Notes under the pieces: model-generated
The model's database searches: none
Told to the model about the DNA's origin: nothing
Seen by the model: the letters and a program-made list of their open reading frames with translations, nothing else
NCBI RefSeq assembly: GCF_006345805.1
Contig: NC_043018.1
Location: forward strand, 24,552,001 to 24,616,000
Direction of reading: 5' to 3'
Source: Octopus sinensis
Lineage: Eukaryota
Length of the DNA stretch: 64,000 nucleotides
Shown here: positions 40,566-53,942 of the stretch, piece after piece
Layout of the letters: each line of letters begins with the position of its first letter
How positions within the stretch are numbered: the first letter of the stretch is position 1
Program-made: the position numbers and the translations under genes

Positions 40566-40614
40566 ATGGATAGCACCAATAATGAGTTTAAGAATTACTC
40601 TGCAAACGAAACAG
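40566..40614 (+). CDS. Candidate first coding exon MDSTNNEFKNYSANET, membrane-protein (GPCR-like) N-terminus
   Basis: AAAATGG start context, perfect donor CAG|GTGAGT, two N-glycosylation sequons (NYS, NET). Confidence 0.55.
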
Positions 40615-41452
40615 GTGAGTTAATTTCTACCTTTGAGTTAATTCTTCCTCGTGTTTTACTCTTGTTTATTGTTGGGGTTGTTTTCAGAATACAATTTAGT
40701 GTCTTGTTCCTGTTATCAAACATTCAGAGAGCAGAAATGCCTATTATTATTAATGGAAATCCCACCCTGAATTTACCCACGACTGTCTTTTCTTTTCTTT
40801 CTATAATACTAAGACCAAACATTCTTGTTTGGTCTTAGTATTATTATATCTCTCATTCGTTATTTCTCTTGTGGCAACAAAAATGAGAGAGCAATGCTAT
40901 GTACACACCACACATTCACAAATATACACAAGCACACACGTATTATATAATATTTATATACATATATATATACATATACACATATATATACGCACCCATG
41001 ATACAGTATCTGAATGTTTGTGTTTATGCATGAAAATACGGATATTTGGTTGCATTATGTATTTGTATTATGGATGTATGTGTTATATATGGTGCATATA
41101 TAAATATGAGCATGGCTTGTATATGAATGTATATGATAATGCATTGATATACATATTTAATGCGTGCATATGAAGTATATATATGCAACGACTTGAAAAT
41201 GAATGTGCAATATTTGAGCGCCTGTACGTATGTATACGCGGGTAGGTTTATTTATATCTCTGAGAGAAAGGGAGGGATGTGTAAATATAAATATGTCTTC
41301 ATACACGTATATATATATCGAGTGTGTGTGTTACGAATGATGTACACGACCAATATACGCATGCATACAGATATGTATGTATGATATCTGCACTCACTAT
41401 GAATGGTATACGTTTATGCATGACTATGCGACCAAATGTGTGTGTGTGTGTA

Positions 41453-41490
<38 letters not shown>

Positions 41491-42392
41491 ATGCATCTCT
41501 ATGTCTGACGATGTATGTCCCACCACGATTTCCACTTTATTTCTGATGTTCTATTCTTGTAACCTGGGCAACTGTTGAAATTATTTTCGTGTGCATTGAC
41601 AGGATCAGTAGAGCGTCGGTAGACCAAAAATGCCTACTCTATATCGTTACATCCTCTATGATCATCACCAGCGTAGAAATATTCGGTTTTCATATCCCAC
41701 CGAATTGTACTTTGCCTTTCATTCATTAGGGAATGGTAAACATAAAGTTCCAGTAAATTACTCTACAGCATCTTCTCCGACACACCCCTCTAACTCTCTC
41801 GCTCTCTCTGTTTCCCTTATACCAAACACTGTAGCCTTGTGGAAACCAATCTTGGAAATTATTGTTCTCGTGGTTGTTGATTTTAAAATTCCCCATCTTT
41901 AATGTATCAAAAAATAAACACCATCGCCAGAACAACAAATGGTTGACCCGGGGGCAACTTTCGACTGGGTCTCTTTGTATGTATCTAAGTTATATATATT
42001 TATACATATATATATTTATATTTATATTCTTGTGTATTAGAATGTGTAGCATTGTTCAGCCTTCAGTCTAGCCTGACCTAGTAAATCTATCTTGAGAGAC
42101 ATCCAGTCACCATAATTCCGTCACGTTTTATTTTATCTTCTTCTTTTCTGTTGATATTTCAGGTATGCCAGACCTGCCTCTTTCTCAGACGGCAGTAGCA
42201 TGTAGTTTGGGGAAGATATGACTGCTATTTCTAGCATGCTGAGCGACTGCATAAGTTACCCTCGTATTGTGTGTGTTTATACAAACGTATTTGTGCATCA
42301 TTCAAGTTGAAGCTGTTTATTATAATTACAAATAATGTTTGCAAACGGTTATTGTTATCAAAATGAATGGGTCCCAAGGACGCTCAGGAGGT

Positions 42393-42598
42393 AGTTATAT
42401 TTTCTGCATAATGCTATCAGCCGGTTTTTGTTATCGATAAGGCTCCATTACAGTGTGTGTGTATGTGTGCGTGTATATACATACACACTGGAACGAAGCC
42501 TTATATATATATATATATATAAACCCATGCAAACACACTGGAACGAAGTCTTTTCGATAACAAAAACCGGCTGATAGCATTATGCAGAGAATATAACT
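42393..42598. repeat. Inverted repeat/MITE, ~65-bp arms around a microsatellite spacer
   Basis: CTGCATAATGCTATCAGCCGGTTTTTGTTATCGA and its reverse complement. Confidence 0.9.
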
Positions 42599-42604
42599 TC
42601 ATCC

Positions 42605-42731
42605 TATGCTTACTTCATGAGGCCGGAATCCTCCGAAGTTAGTGATCCCAGAGGCGTCATCATGCGTAGAGCCGAACAGGTCCACCAGTGCTCGCCATTG
42701 CTGGCGGTCCCGTGCCAGCTTTTCTGCAGCC
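42605..42731 (-). mobile_element. RTE LINE extreme 3' end
   Basis: AEKLARDRQQWRALV. Confidence 0.6.
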
Positions 42732-42762
<31 letters not shown>

Positions 42763-42803
42763 CTGGGGAGTCATAGTCATATAAAAACCAAGTTAAATAT
42801 ATA

Positions 42804-43660
42804 TTCTCTTTTACTTGTTTCAGTCATTTGACTGTGGCCATGCTGGAGCACCGCCTTTAGTCGCGTCCCATGACTTATTCTTAGTAAGCCTAGCACTTAG
42901 TCTATCGGTCTCTTTTTGCCGAACCGCTAAGTGACGGGGACGTAAACACACCAGCATCGGTTGTCAAGCGATGATGCGGGGGACAAACACACACAAACGT
43001 AAACACACACACACATATATATATATACATATATATGACGGGCTTCATTCAGTTTCCGTCTACCAAATCCACTCACAAGGCTTAGGCTGGCCTGAGGCTA
43101 TAGTAGAAGACACTTGCCCAAGGTGCCACCAGAACCATGTGGTTCGTAAGCAAGCTACTTACTACACAGCCACTCTTACGCTTCTATACATATTTTAAAC
43201 ACTTTGATTTGATCCCTGCAATTTAAGTTTCTTAGGCGTACAAAAGCCTAGCTCGCCAGGTTTTATATATATATATATATATATATTCTTGCTTTAGTCA
43301 TTTGACTGCGGCAGTGCTGGAGCACCACCGTTCGTCGAACAAATCGACACCCCAGAACTTATTCTTTGTAAGCTTAGTACTTATTTGATCGGCATCTTTT
43401 GCCGAACCGCTAAGTTACGGGGACGTAAACACACCAACATCAGTTGTCAGGCGATGGTGGACACACACACACACGCATATATATATATATATATATACAA
43501 CGGGCTTCTTTCAGTTTCCGTCTATCAAATCCATTCAGAAGGCTTTGGTTGGCCCGAGGTTATAGTAGAAGACACTTGTCCAAGGTGCCACGCAGTGGGA
43601 CTGAGCCCAGAACCATGTAGTTTGGGAGCATTCTTCTTACCATACAGCCACTCTTGTGCT
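42804..43660 (-). mobile_element. Two SINE A copies (42804-43175, 43288-43660)
   Basis: Homology. Confidence 0.9.
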
Positions 43661-44066
43661 TATATTAAACAACAGGAAGCTATAGGAACTGAACCCTGTA
43701 CCCATCAGATACAGGCTGTGTGGTCTACCATTAAGCTAAACGGTCCCTGACAAATATATGAAGCGACCCGCCAATACAGTTTGCAGTATTGCGAAAGTGC
43801 TGACTGAAAGTCGTTTTAAATCCCTTTGGTGGGCCGATACAGAGAGTAGCAGTAATATAATGGGATTAAAACTGACCCGTATTCCCTCATATTCCGTTGT
43901 CAAAGAAAAACGGTGCAACTTCCGTCTTGTGTCACGATAAATAATTCTCAATGTCTATTGAATATCATTTTTTTAAAACTCTGTCAACACTGATGGAACG
44001 AGAGCCATGACCATTCATCTCCATCAAGTCAACAAGAGTATGATTTAACCCTTTTGACACCAACCT

Positions 44067-44226
44067 GTTTCTTTATTACCCACAAGGGGCTAAGCATAGA
44101 GGGGACAAACAAGGACAGACAAACGGATTAAGTCGATTACATCGACCCCAGTGCGTAACTGGTACTTAATTTATCGACCCCGAAAGGATGAAAGGCAAAG
44201 TCGACCTCGGCGGAATTTGAACTCAG
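44067..44226 (-). mobile_element. 5'-truncated SINE C with Tx1-type tail
   Basis: Meta core and tail. Confidence 0.9.
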
Positions 44227-45089
44227 CACCCTAGTTCTAGAAAAAGAAAAAAACTTCCTGTTTTAAAGGGATCTAAATTAGAACACCTGTCAAAATTTCT
44301 TGTTCATTTACGTTTCAAACACCAGCTTACTAATGACAAAATTATTCTAGTATATATTCCAGTATTTTTTTAAAAATTGGAACAAAGATAGGGAGTTTCA
44401 AATGGAATATATATAAGAATAGTGTGGAAATTTTTGGCTGTTGTTTCTGACAGATCGTTTGACCACGCAACTCCCTACCTACTCGTGGTTTCTAAATTCA
44501 TAACTGAGACGGTTTCATGAAGCGACTTTCAGTATTCCATCCGCCTATCTGCAACAGTCAGCCGTGGTGTGTCTTGATGAAGATAAAACCCTCATTGTTA
44601 TTTTTTGTAGAGCACCGGACGAAATGCTTTGCAACACTTTCAGTTGCGTCTTTTCTTATTTTCTTATATTCTTGTATTCGAATCTTGATGAAATCGAATG
44701 TTATTTTTCAACCTTCCGGGACTGTTCATTTAAAGTGCCGGTCAGGTGTTACGATCCTTTGTATTATTGTATTAAGGCGGTAAACTCAAAATGAGAATAC
44801 AAAACACGAACAGAAACCAGAATGACAGAATACAACGCAAACACGAACGTTATTCTGAATACGTTGATGTATTCAGACTTGTCTTTCTGAAGATGTTATC
44901 GTCATAACATTTCGACTGCCATACCCTCCGGCTTTCTTCACGTTTAAAGCTCTAAATTTCCACCATTTCTTTGCCCCACGGGGGAAATAATATGGTAAAT
45001 ATAATTAAGATTTGTAGCCTTACTAGTGGGTTAAGTTCAGTCCTTGCATCAGTCAAGGTGTGTGTGTGTGTGTGCCTAGGCACGCGCTT

Positions 45090-45440
45090 GTATTTTAGTC
45101 CTTCCTGTACAGTTGGCTTGTATACTGGGCAGCTAGGGGTCCCCATAATCCCAGTTTTGAGCATAGTTACATCTTCCCAGGTGATGCTAAATTATTTAAT
45201 GATCTTTGAAGAAGGCGCGCTCTGTCGTCTTGAGTCTCTCTCTCTCCCTCCCTTCGATACTCTCGTGGTATCTATTTTACACCTGTCTTGGATATTCGTT
45301 CTTCTGGCAGTTGGAAAACATGGCCTGCAAGTTTCGCTCTTCTTCCCGCCACGATCTTCTGCAGGCTGCGCAGATTGGCTCATCTCAGGCGTTCAGGACC
45401 TGTGATCCTGTTCCTGTAGGTGAGTATTCGACGTAAACAC
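45090..45440 (-). mobile_element. RTE LINE C-terminal fragment
   Basis: ANLRSLQKIVAGRRAKLAGHVFQLPEERISK, with stops. Confidence 0.65.
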
Positions 45441-46060
45441 CATTGGTTGATGTGTAACGAATTAGCGGCATCGCAAGTAGTGGAATACCTAATAAGGAGG
45501 ATACCCCTTGTATGGATAAAAGTATGAGAACAGCCTGCCCAACACCCGCGGGTTTAGTTAAGGCTCCTATTCGAAATTTCGAGAACATTAGCAAATAAAG
45601 CAAACGCTTAAAGATAAGGGCGTCAAACTGAATATGGCGGTGTGTAACAATGGTTCAGATACAAGGCCGGCAATGTCGAGGGTCAGGGTTTAGCAGACAT
45701 CATCAACTCTTATTACTTGACTGGTACATAATTTTATCGACCATGAAGGGATGAAAGATAAAACTAACATCGGTTGGCAGGCATTTTGTCCGGTGCCGTA
45801 ACGATTCTGTCAATCCATCGACCATTTCCATATCTGTGTATAATAATGACGAACCCCCATTACCGCCACCATTCGGCTAAAACACGAACTTCATTATATT
45901 TTCTGAAGAAACCAACAATACTTTGAATATTCATAATTATGTTTTTCCTGTATATTAAATACGTAATTGTATAATGTATATATTATACTATTATATACCA
46001 TACATCTTATCTGTCTGTCTCTCTCTTTATCTATCTATCCATCCATCCATCTATCTATCC

Positions 46061-46098
<38 letters not shown>

Positions 46099-46104
46099 CT
46101 ATAT

Positions 46105-46161
<57 letters not shown>

Positions 46162-46589
46162 TAGATAAGGAAGGATAGTATTGTTTGATCCAATATTATT
46201 GGTGGCTCAGCCAGATTGTTATAACTGCGTATAGGATTTCATATTTGGGTCGCCTTACACACGACCAATCTGGTGATTTATAACTAAGATGCATTTAGGC
46301 ATATCAAGTGACTGCGATACTTGACTGGTAGATGTTCTATCGACCATAGATGTAAAGAAAAAGAAAAAGACGAAGTTGATCTCACTGTTATATTGGTTTC
46401 GAATTTTGGCACAAAGCCAGTAATTTCTTGGAAAGAGTAAGTAGATTACATCGACCCCATTGCTCAACTGGTACTTGCTTTGTCCAGCTCGAAAGGCGAA
46501 GTCGACCTCGGCGGAATATCTCCCTGTTGTATTGCGTCAAGCAAAATCATCCTTGTCGTATATTTAAACGGTTACATATTTTATAAGGA

Positions 46590-46754
46590 CGTTTTGAGGT
46601 CATATTCCGCCGAGGTCGACTTTGCCTTTCATCCTTTCGGGGTCGAGTAAATAAGTACCAGTTACGCACTGGGGTCGATATAATCGACTTAATCCGTTTG
46701 TCTGTCCTTGTTTGTCCTCTCTGTGTTTAACCCTTTGTGGGTAGTAAAGAAATA
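46590..46754 (+). mobile_element. 5'-truncated SINE C with Tx1-type tail
   Basis: TSD CATATTTTATAAGGA at 46575-46589 and 46755-46769. Confidence 0.9.
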
Positions 46755-47004
46755 CATATTTTATAAGGAGGCCGATTGGTTTGGTAGTAATATTCCGACA
46801 TTGCGTTCCTGAGTTCAAATCCAGCCGTGGTCAATTTAACCTTTTATTCTACCGGTGACTAATAGTACCAGTTAAATTCATTCTCAGTCGGTTGCACTAC
46901 ACTATGAGATGTCGTGGGAGACTACCCAATATAGTTCCTTTCCCTTGTGTGTTGCTAAGAGGGGTGTTAGTAATGTTCTGGGACCGATTTAGTCGATCGA
47001 TCCT

Positions 47005-47265
47005 TTCATCCATCCATCCATTTTTGGCACCCTTCCTGGGAGAGTCGTAGGAATATAGAGTCCTCAAACATCTCCACACCGTCCTATCAGAAGCAACCGT
47101 CGTTACACTTTCCCGCTGGATTCCCAAGACTGACCAGTTGAGATTGTGGATATTATCCAACCACGTCGCTCGTGGTCTATCCTTACGTCTTCTGCCGGTT
47201 GGCTCGGCTTGAAGAATCTGTTTTGCAACATCATTTCGTTCAGTTTCACCCATATTCCTTTGTCA
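47005..47265 (-). mobile_element. RTE LINE 3' end with (GGAT)n tail
   Basis: KQILQAEPTGRRRKDRPRATWLDNI...DRTVWR. Confidence 0.75.
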
Positions 47266-47295
47266 AGGAGAAACAATGCAACCACTGCCGATATC

Positions 47296-47512
47296 AAGGC
47301 GGCGAGCTGGCAGAAGCGTTAGCATTCTTGGCGACATGCTTAGCGGTATTTCGTCTGTCTATACGTTCTGAGTCCAAATTCCACCGAGGTCGACTCTGCC
47401 TTTCGTCCTTTCGGGGTCAATAAATTAAGTACCAGTTGCGTACTAGGGTAGATCTAATCACCTGGCCTCCTCCTCCAAAATTTCGGGCCTTGTGCCTAGA
47501 GTAGAAAAGAAT
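47296..47512 (+). mobile_element. SINE C, tail 2, full length and uninterrupted
   Basis: Intact CTTAGCGGTATTTCGTCTG site. Confidence 0.9.
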
Positions 47513-47534
47513 ATCCTCTTTCTTTACTGTTATC

Positions 47535-47910
47535 TTTTACTAGTTTCAGTCATTAGACTGCGGCCCTGCTGAGGCACCACCTTCAAGAATTTTAGTCGAA
47601 CGAATCGATCCCAGTACTTATTTTTTAAAGCCTGGTATTCTATCAGTCTCTTTTGCCGAACCCCTAGGATACAGGTGCATAAACCAACACTGATTGTCAA
47701 TCATTTGGTGGAGAAGAGGGTGAACACACACACACACACATATACGACGGGGGCTTCTTTCAGTTTCCATCCACCAAATCCACTCACAAGGCCTTGGTCA
47801 GCCCAAGGCTGTAGTAGAAGACGCTTGCTCAAGGAACCACACACTGGGATGGAACTCAGAACCCTGTAGTTGGAAAGCAAACTTTTTACCACCCAGCCAT
47901 GCCTGCTCCT
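47535..47910 (-). mobile_element. SINE family A, diverged
   Basis: Homology. Confidence 0.82.
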
Positions 47911-48699
47911 ATATTTTATACATTTATAATTATTCTTTTAGTGATATCGTGGCTCTTTGCGTTCTGTGTTCAAATCTCGCCGAGGTCAACCTTGTCTCTC
48001 ATCTTTCCGGGGTCGATGAATAAAATACCCGCCAAATCTCTCGCTCTCAATTTAGTACAGTGCATTGTGAAAGGGTCATTGAGTACCACTAATATGGAGT
48101 ACCACCCATCTGGAGTGGGTGTCAAGGAAGGATTAACTGTTACCTGTCCTCTGGTATGCTACAAAAACCGCACGAGGAAACTAGATATGGTGGGTATCGA
48201 CGGACCGATATGCTTGCCGCACACCAGACGACAGCTTCATCTTTTGTCTGACCTATGTATCACATGCGATAGACAGGACATATGTGTCATGTATGATAAC
48301 CACCATGCGTCATACACGATACCATTCCCCGTTTCACCATGCGTCATACATGATACGCATTCCCAATCTTTTTCAAACACCAGAGTAACTTACAATAAGG
48401 AAAGCCTTATATTACTCAGAGCGTATGAAACGTGGGCAGACTGAAAACAAGCATGGATGTTTTGGACAAACCAATGAAAATGCTTTTGAACAAGCAAAGC
48501 ATTAAAGAATCAAGACGATATATTTATACTTAACCTCTAGCGTAGCTAGAGTGTGTGCCGCCCGGACCCCATAAAAAAACACATTTACTACAGCAAGCCC
48601 AAAAGTGGTACCCCTTTAAAAGTGTCGCCCAGGTTGGACCTGTCCTACCCGCTCCTAGCCACCCTAGTGTACTTAACCCCACTTCTATTAAATATACAT

Positions 48700-49070
48700 A
48701 CTCTTTACTCTTTTACTTGTTTCAGTCATTTGACTGCGGCCATGCTGGAGCACCGCCTTTAGTCGAGCAAATCGACCCCGGGACTTATTCTTTGTAAGCC
48801 CAGTACTTATTCTATCGGTCTCTTTTGCCGAACCGCTAAGTGACAGGGACGGAAGCACACCAGCATCGGTTGTCAAGCAATGCTAGGGGTACAAACACAG
48901 ACACACAAACATATACACACACACACATATATATATATATATACATATATACGACAGGCTTCTTTCAGTTTCCGTCTACCAAATCCACTCACAAGGCATT
49001 GGTCGGCCCGGGGCTATAGCAGAAGACACTTGCCCAAGATGCCACGCAGTGGGACTGAACCCGGAACCAT
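48700..49070 (-). mobile_element. SINE family A, young
   Basis: Nearly identical to 1-356. Confidence 0.93.
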
Positions 49071-49297
49071 ATTTCAAGTATTTTTATTTCTTTGTTTAGA
49101 ACGGTATTTCTCAATCAAGTTTTTTTTGTTTTTAATCTATGGGCTCCTCTGGTTCCCATTTTACTTTCGGGGATGGTGACCCCCCATAGTAATTCGATGT
49201 TTAAAGAATTATATTTTAATGATTAATATTCTTTTATACGTCTCAGCTCTGGCCATGCTGGAGTACCATTCTATAAAAGGTTGTTTAAATGTAGACA

Positions 49298-49650
49298 GTA
49301 GCCATGCTGGGGCACCACCTTGAAGAATTGTAGTCGAGTGAATCGTCCCCATTACTTATATTTTAAGCCTGGGACTTGTTCTATCGATCTCTTTGCCAAA
49401 CCGCTAAGTTAAGGGGATGTAAACACGAACACCAGTTATCAAGTGGTGGGTGACAGACAGACAGACACACACACACATACACATAACATACATTTTACGA
49501 CAGGCTTCTTTCAGTTTTCGTCTAGTAAATCCATTCATGAGGCTTTGGTCTGCCCGAGGCTATAGAAGGCATTTGCCCAATGTGCTACTCAGTGGGACTG
49601 AACCTGGAACCATGTGGTTGAGAAGCAAGCTTCTTTCCACACAACCATGC
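49298..49650 (-). mobile_element. SINE family A, diverged
   Basis: Homology. Confidence 0.82.
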
Positions 49651-49695
49651 CTGGTTTTTGTTTTTAGGAGATCGAGCGATCCTGTGCTGTTTTAA

Positions 49696-50104
49696 GGATC
49701 GTTTCGGTTTGAACGGCAGTTTTTAACATAATTTCTAAGTAACTAAAAAATGTTAAACTTCGTATACTGGTAGAATATGTTTATAAAACATCTTTTTCTC
49801 TTGGCTTTATTGAGAAAATTCTATAGTTTGTAAGATATTTCTTGTTTTTTCTTCAATTTCTGCAATTTCAACCAATCACTGACGTCTATTGAGGTAATAA
49901 ACATTCTGTGCCGTATGAATATGTCCCTCGTTTAAGAAACAGATTGGGTTTATTTACATTTCTGAAGAAAAAAAGATACCCTACCCCTCACCCCTAACCC
50001 TAAAACAGATTGAAATGCAATAAATCGATACTAGGGTCATACTTATGGGTGACAATTTCATATGACACCGCTAGAAAAAACTGCCGTTCAAACCGAAAAG
50101 GTCC
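49696..50104. mobile_element. MITE with GG-terminal TIRs and 8-bp TSD (Merlin-like)
   Basis: TIR GGATCGTTTCGGTTTGAACGGCAGTTTT / AAAACTGCCGTTCAAACCGAAAAGGTCC; TSD TGTTTTAA at 49688-49695 and 50105-50112. Confidence 0.85.
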
Positions 50105-50887
50105 TGTTTTAAGAGTGTTGGGTGTTCTAATGTCTGCATTGTGTGGGAGAGAAAGTGTTGTTAGAATGGTGTTGCATGGGTTAAATCAAGAAAGCTCCCA
50201 CATAGAGACACGACTGCCACTCTTACTCAACACTCTTAACTGCCACTCTTACTTCGTTTCTCCAGAAAATATTCCGGACTACATTATCTAATGAGTAGTT
50301 TTTATCGAATACATTAACATGTTTAAATTAAATTTGTGAGATTTGACTGCTGTTTCTAGCAGGGAGACTGCGTTGGACAGTAGCAGGGTACGGTTTTGTC
50401 TTATCCGTGGATGTAGAGGGGGAAGATTACGTTACGTTTTTGCGTCCAGATTTTCAATTCCTACTTCGCAACACTAGACTTCGTCGTTAGCAAAGGCATC
50501 CCTGAGAAATGCATGAACATCACACAATCTTGCATTTCCTAGCTCATCTTAATATATGTGAGAGCTTTCTGTTCGAGATTCAAATGTTGTTTGGTTGTTG
50601 CCGTAAAACGGATCAATAGACAATCGACGCTAGCAGCTTCAGTTTACTTTTTGGCACCCTCCTTTAGTCTTGCTTGCTAACTTATCTTCTCACCGTGGGG
50701 TCGAATTGATGTTGCAATTTTCCTGAGGACGATTAAAAATATGTTTTAATTATTATTATTATGTATCGAAAATTTACTTATAAACTTCTGTCGATACTTG
50801 TCTTCCCTCTTCAATCTCTCACTGTGTCCATTTCATTTCATTTTATTCCTCTCCCTCGCTCACTATTTAGCTGGAGATGATTTTTAA

Positions 50888-51055
50888 AGGCGCAGGAGTG
50901 GCTGTGTGGTAAGTAGCTTGCTTACCAACCACATGGTTCCGGGTTCAGTCCCACTGCGTGGCACCTTGGGCAAGTGTCTTCTGCTATAGCCTCGGGCCGA
51001 CCAATGCCTTGTGAGTGGATTTGGTAGACGGAAACTAAAAGAAGCCCGTCGTATA

Positions 51056-51093
<38 letters not shown>

Positions 51094-51326
51094 TATATAT
51101 ATATATATATATGCATGTGTGTTTTGTGGTCGTGTTTGTCCCCCTAGCATTGCTTGACAACCGATGCTGGTGTGTTTACGTCCCCGTCACTTAGCGGTTC
51201 GGCAAAAAGAGACCGATAGAATAAGTACTGGGCTTACAAAAAGAATAAGTCCCGGGGTCGATTTGCTCGATTAAAGGCGGTGCTCCAGCATGGCCGCAGT
51301 CAAATGACTGAAACAAGTAAATGAGT
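50888..51326 (+). mobile_element. SINE family A, full length, young
   Basis: Complete head AGGCGCAGGAGTGGCTGTGTGG through tail. Confidence 0.95.
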
Positions 51327-51591
51327 ATATATATATTTCTCTTGTTTATTCTAGCTCTGGGCAGCCCCTCTCATCTTTCTTATTCTCAGTCGTTTTAAGC
51401 GCATGAATGTGTGATCATATATTGTATGTCTTTCTCACTTTCTATCTATTTTTTTGTTTGTTTTTTACATCATAATTTCTCTCTCTCTCTCTCTCGTAAT
51501 GTAAACACGAACCACTCTGATCTGTTGGTAATGTTGGCACTATATGCATGAATATATATAATCACACACACAAACACACACACATATATAA

Positions 51592-51782
51592 TGGGAAAGG
51601 CCGGTTTATGGGATTACCTTGGGTTTCCCGTTCATAAAGGGTTTAGCTTTATAGCGTATAGCCAGACCCCCAAAACCTGTTGGTCATGGGCCAATAGGTT
51701 TTTTGGATCTGACGACAGGCCATAAAGTTAAACCCTTTATGGACAGGAAACCCAAGGTAATCCCATAATCCGGCCTTCCCCA
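51592..51782. repeat. Fold-back palindrome, ~95-bp arms
   Basis: AAGGCCGG.TTATGGGATTACCTTGGGTTTCC... and its reverse complement; half copy at 22253-22350. Confidence 0.9.
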
Positions 51783-51852
51783 CTTTTAATATATATTGCT
51801 CTATATTTTAGAATGTGCTTCTTCCGGAATTGTTTTCTTTTTACAAATGATA

Positions 51853-52149
51853 TCTTTATATATAAAAGTGAAGTTGTGTGTCTGTCTCCTACGATTTAGA
51901 TTCCTAACTACTCTCACATTTTGCGGTGCAGTTTAACCAAACGTGGGTATCTTATAGTCGTGATTCATATCGAGCCCTTCTGGGTATTAGCGCGCGTCTA
52001 CGATGAGTCTACGATTAAAAAAAAAATTACCATAATTTTTTTTCCCATTTTTAATGCATTTTTTTGCTATTTTTTGGCCATAACTCTCTAAAAATGCTTA
52101 TATAGTTATTTCCCTTACAAACCCGAGCAACGCCGGGCGATACTGTTAG
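51853..52149 (+). mobile_element. Non-autonomous Helitron
   Basis: A|TC start, 3' hairpin CCCGAGCAACGCCGGG, TTAG|T end; same family as 12901. Confidence 0.9.
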
Positions 52150-52539
52150 TGATTATATATATATATATATATGTATATATAGTGCAGTATATGGTATTTA
52201 TTGGCTAATATGCAATTTTAATATAAGCTACACTCGAAGTTTTAGCCTCGCTGGGAACTGTAAACAAATGTTTTGTGTGTATGCATGAGATAGAAATCAC
52301 TTTACAGTCGAATGAAAAATATGTAACATGTTTAGAAATTCATATTGCCACCAAAACATTTTTTTTTTGCGTCTTCTGCAGGTCATTGCTGCATATGTAT
52401 AATACATACATGCTTCCATATGCATGGAGACATATGTCCATCCATCAATCAATCCATCCATCCATCTTGTTGTTGAAGTTCCAATGAAGAAGCCTTGGAG
52501 CTAGCTTAGAAAGCGGCTTTAATTTTTCCCGCCAAACTA

Positions 52540-52815
52540 AAGCCACGTGGTAGGTGACGCCATTCTTCCTGCTCCGGTAGATGGCGTCTGTTACGCCTAC
52601 AGTACAGACACATAGTGCTCGCTCGTCGGGTTTTCGTTTTCATGCAATATGACCGGACGCACCAAGCACAGACCATAAACCTATGTCTCATCACCAGTGA
52701 TGATAGTTTTCATGAAGTCTGGGTCGTAGTTTGCACAATCCAGCATGTCCCGAGCAGTTCCGTCCCGTGACTTTTCGAGGCCCCATCACTCCAATGAAAA
52801 TTCATTGTTCAATAT
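52540..52815 (-). mobile_element. mariner relic
   Basis: DPDFMKTIITGDET*VYG. Confidence 0.7.
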
Positions 52816-53399
52816 CTCACGTTATCCTAAACACATATTTAAAAGCACAATAAGTTAAATTTACTCAGGTCTATTACACATTTCAATAAGTAAAACTTCC
52901 AGATATGAATAAAAGCGCAGTTTTATAATCCAGGTAACTTTCAAAGACAAACACGGCGCACTTTTCGCTTCTCGAGATCATCGATCGTTTTAGAATAATC
53001 AAGCTGAGAGCTAAGTTCGTGTTCATTAGATATAGATAATCCACAAAGTCTGCTACACGTTCGTGGTATAATGTAATATTTTTACAAGAACTTCTGCAGG
53101 GACAATGTATTACCATTTTATTTCTTGAAGTCTTCTGTTAACATAGTTTAATTCTTATTCAAAATCTTAACCAAAGTAAATAGATAACTCATCTACGTAC
53201 TTTGATCTTAACATGGATCTCTTCAAGTGCAGAGGACCCATGCGACCGCAGGTGTTGCAGGGGCTTAGCGACGGCCCTGGTCCCAGCGATTGGGGGTGGG
53301 GTGACACCACCATTCCTGCGCATGCGTGGATAGTTTCGCGCCGGTAGACCGCATAAGTTCCCGATTGTTGCGCCTCTAACTTATCTAAAGCACATGTAA

Positions 53400-53575
53400 A
53401 GTTGGTCTTAATTGAATTTTTTTTCTCTTTGCTGGAATGTGAATGTTAGGAGTCTCTTGGGTGATTTCTGTTGTCTTTTGCATTTGAGGAGTTTGTGTAT
53501 TTAGGATGTTGTTCATTTTGGGGTCTTGAGTGAGCAGTGGGAGATTTTGTATAATTGTGTTGTATGCTTCAACTA
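53400..53575 (-). mobile_element. Penelope-like ORF remnant
   Basis: AYNTIIQNLPLLTQDPKMNNIL resembles the RT-to-GIY-YIG linker. Confidence 0.4.
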
Positions 53576-53606
53576 TGTATATATATATGTGTGTGTGTGT
53601 GTGTGT

Positions 53607-53893
53607 GGAGGCGCAATGGCCCAGTGGTTAGGGCAGCGGACTCGCGGACGTAGGATCGCGGTTTCTATTCCCAGACCGGGCGTTGTGAGTGTTTGTTGAG
53701 CGAAAACACCTAAAAGCTCCACGAGGCTCCGGCAGGGGGTCGTGATCCCTGCTGTACTCTTTCACCACTCTTTCTCTCGCTCTTTCTTCTGTTGGCCTGC
53801 TCGCTTAGCCAAGCGGGGTGGCGTCATTCGAAGGCTAAAACAATGCGAACACATTGTGACCAGCGATGTGTAACATCTGATGGTCTGGTCGGT

Positions 53894-53900
<7 letters not shown>
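53607..53900 (+). mobile_element. SINE family B variant with an alternative tail
   Basis: Family B head and body to ~53790, then a tail ending GGTCGGTCACGTGA. Confidence 0.85.

Positions 53901-53940
<40 letters not shown>

Positions 53941-53942
<2 letters not shown>

Noticed and set aside
42163-42230. Acceptor that could follow exon 40614
   Set aside because: Lies in an old repeat and hits a stop after about 19 codons in phase 1
43740-44040. Possible MULE transposase remnant
   Set aside because: No diagnostic motif readable
44900-44945. Hammerhead-like motif on the minus strand
   Set aside because: Core and stems too degenerate
49985-50003. Telomere-like CCCTAA repeats
   Set aside because: Only two units, inside a MITE
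50888-50960. tRNA genes at SINE heads
   Set aside because: A/B boxes are present but continue directly into SINE bodies; no convincing cloverleaf
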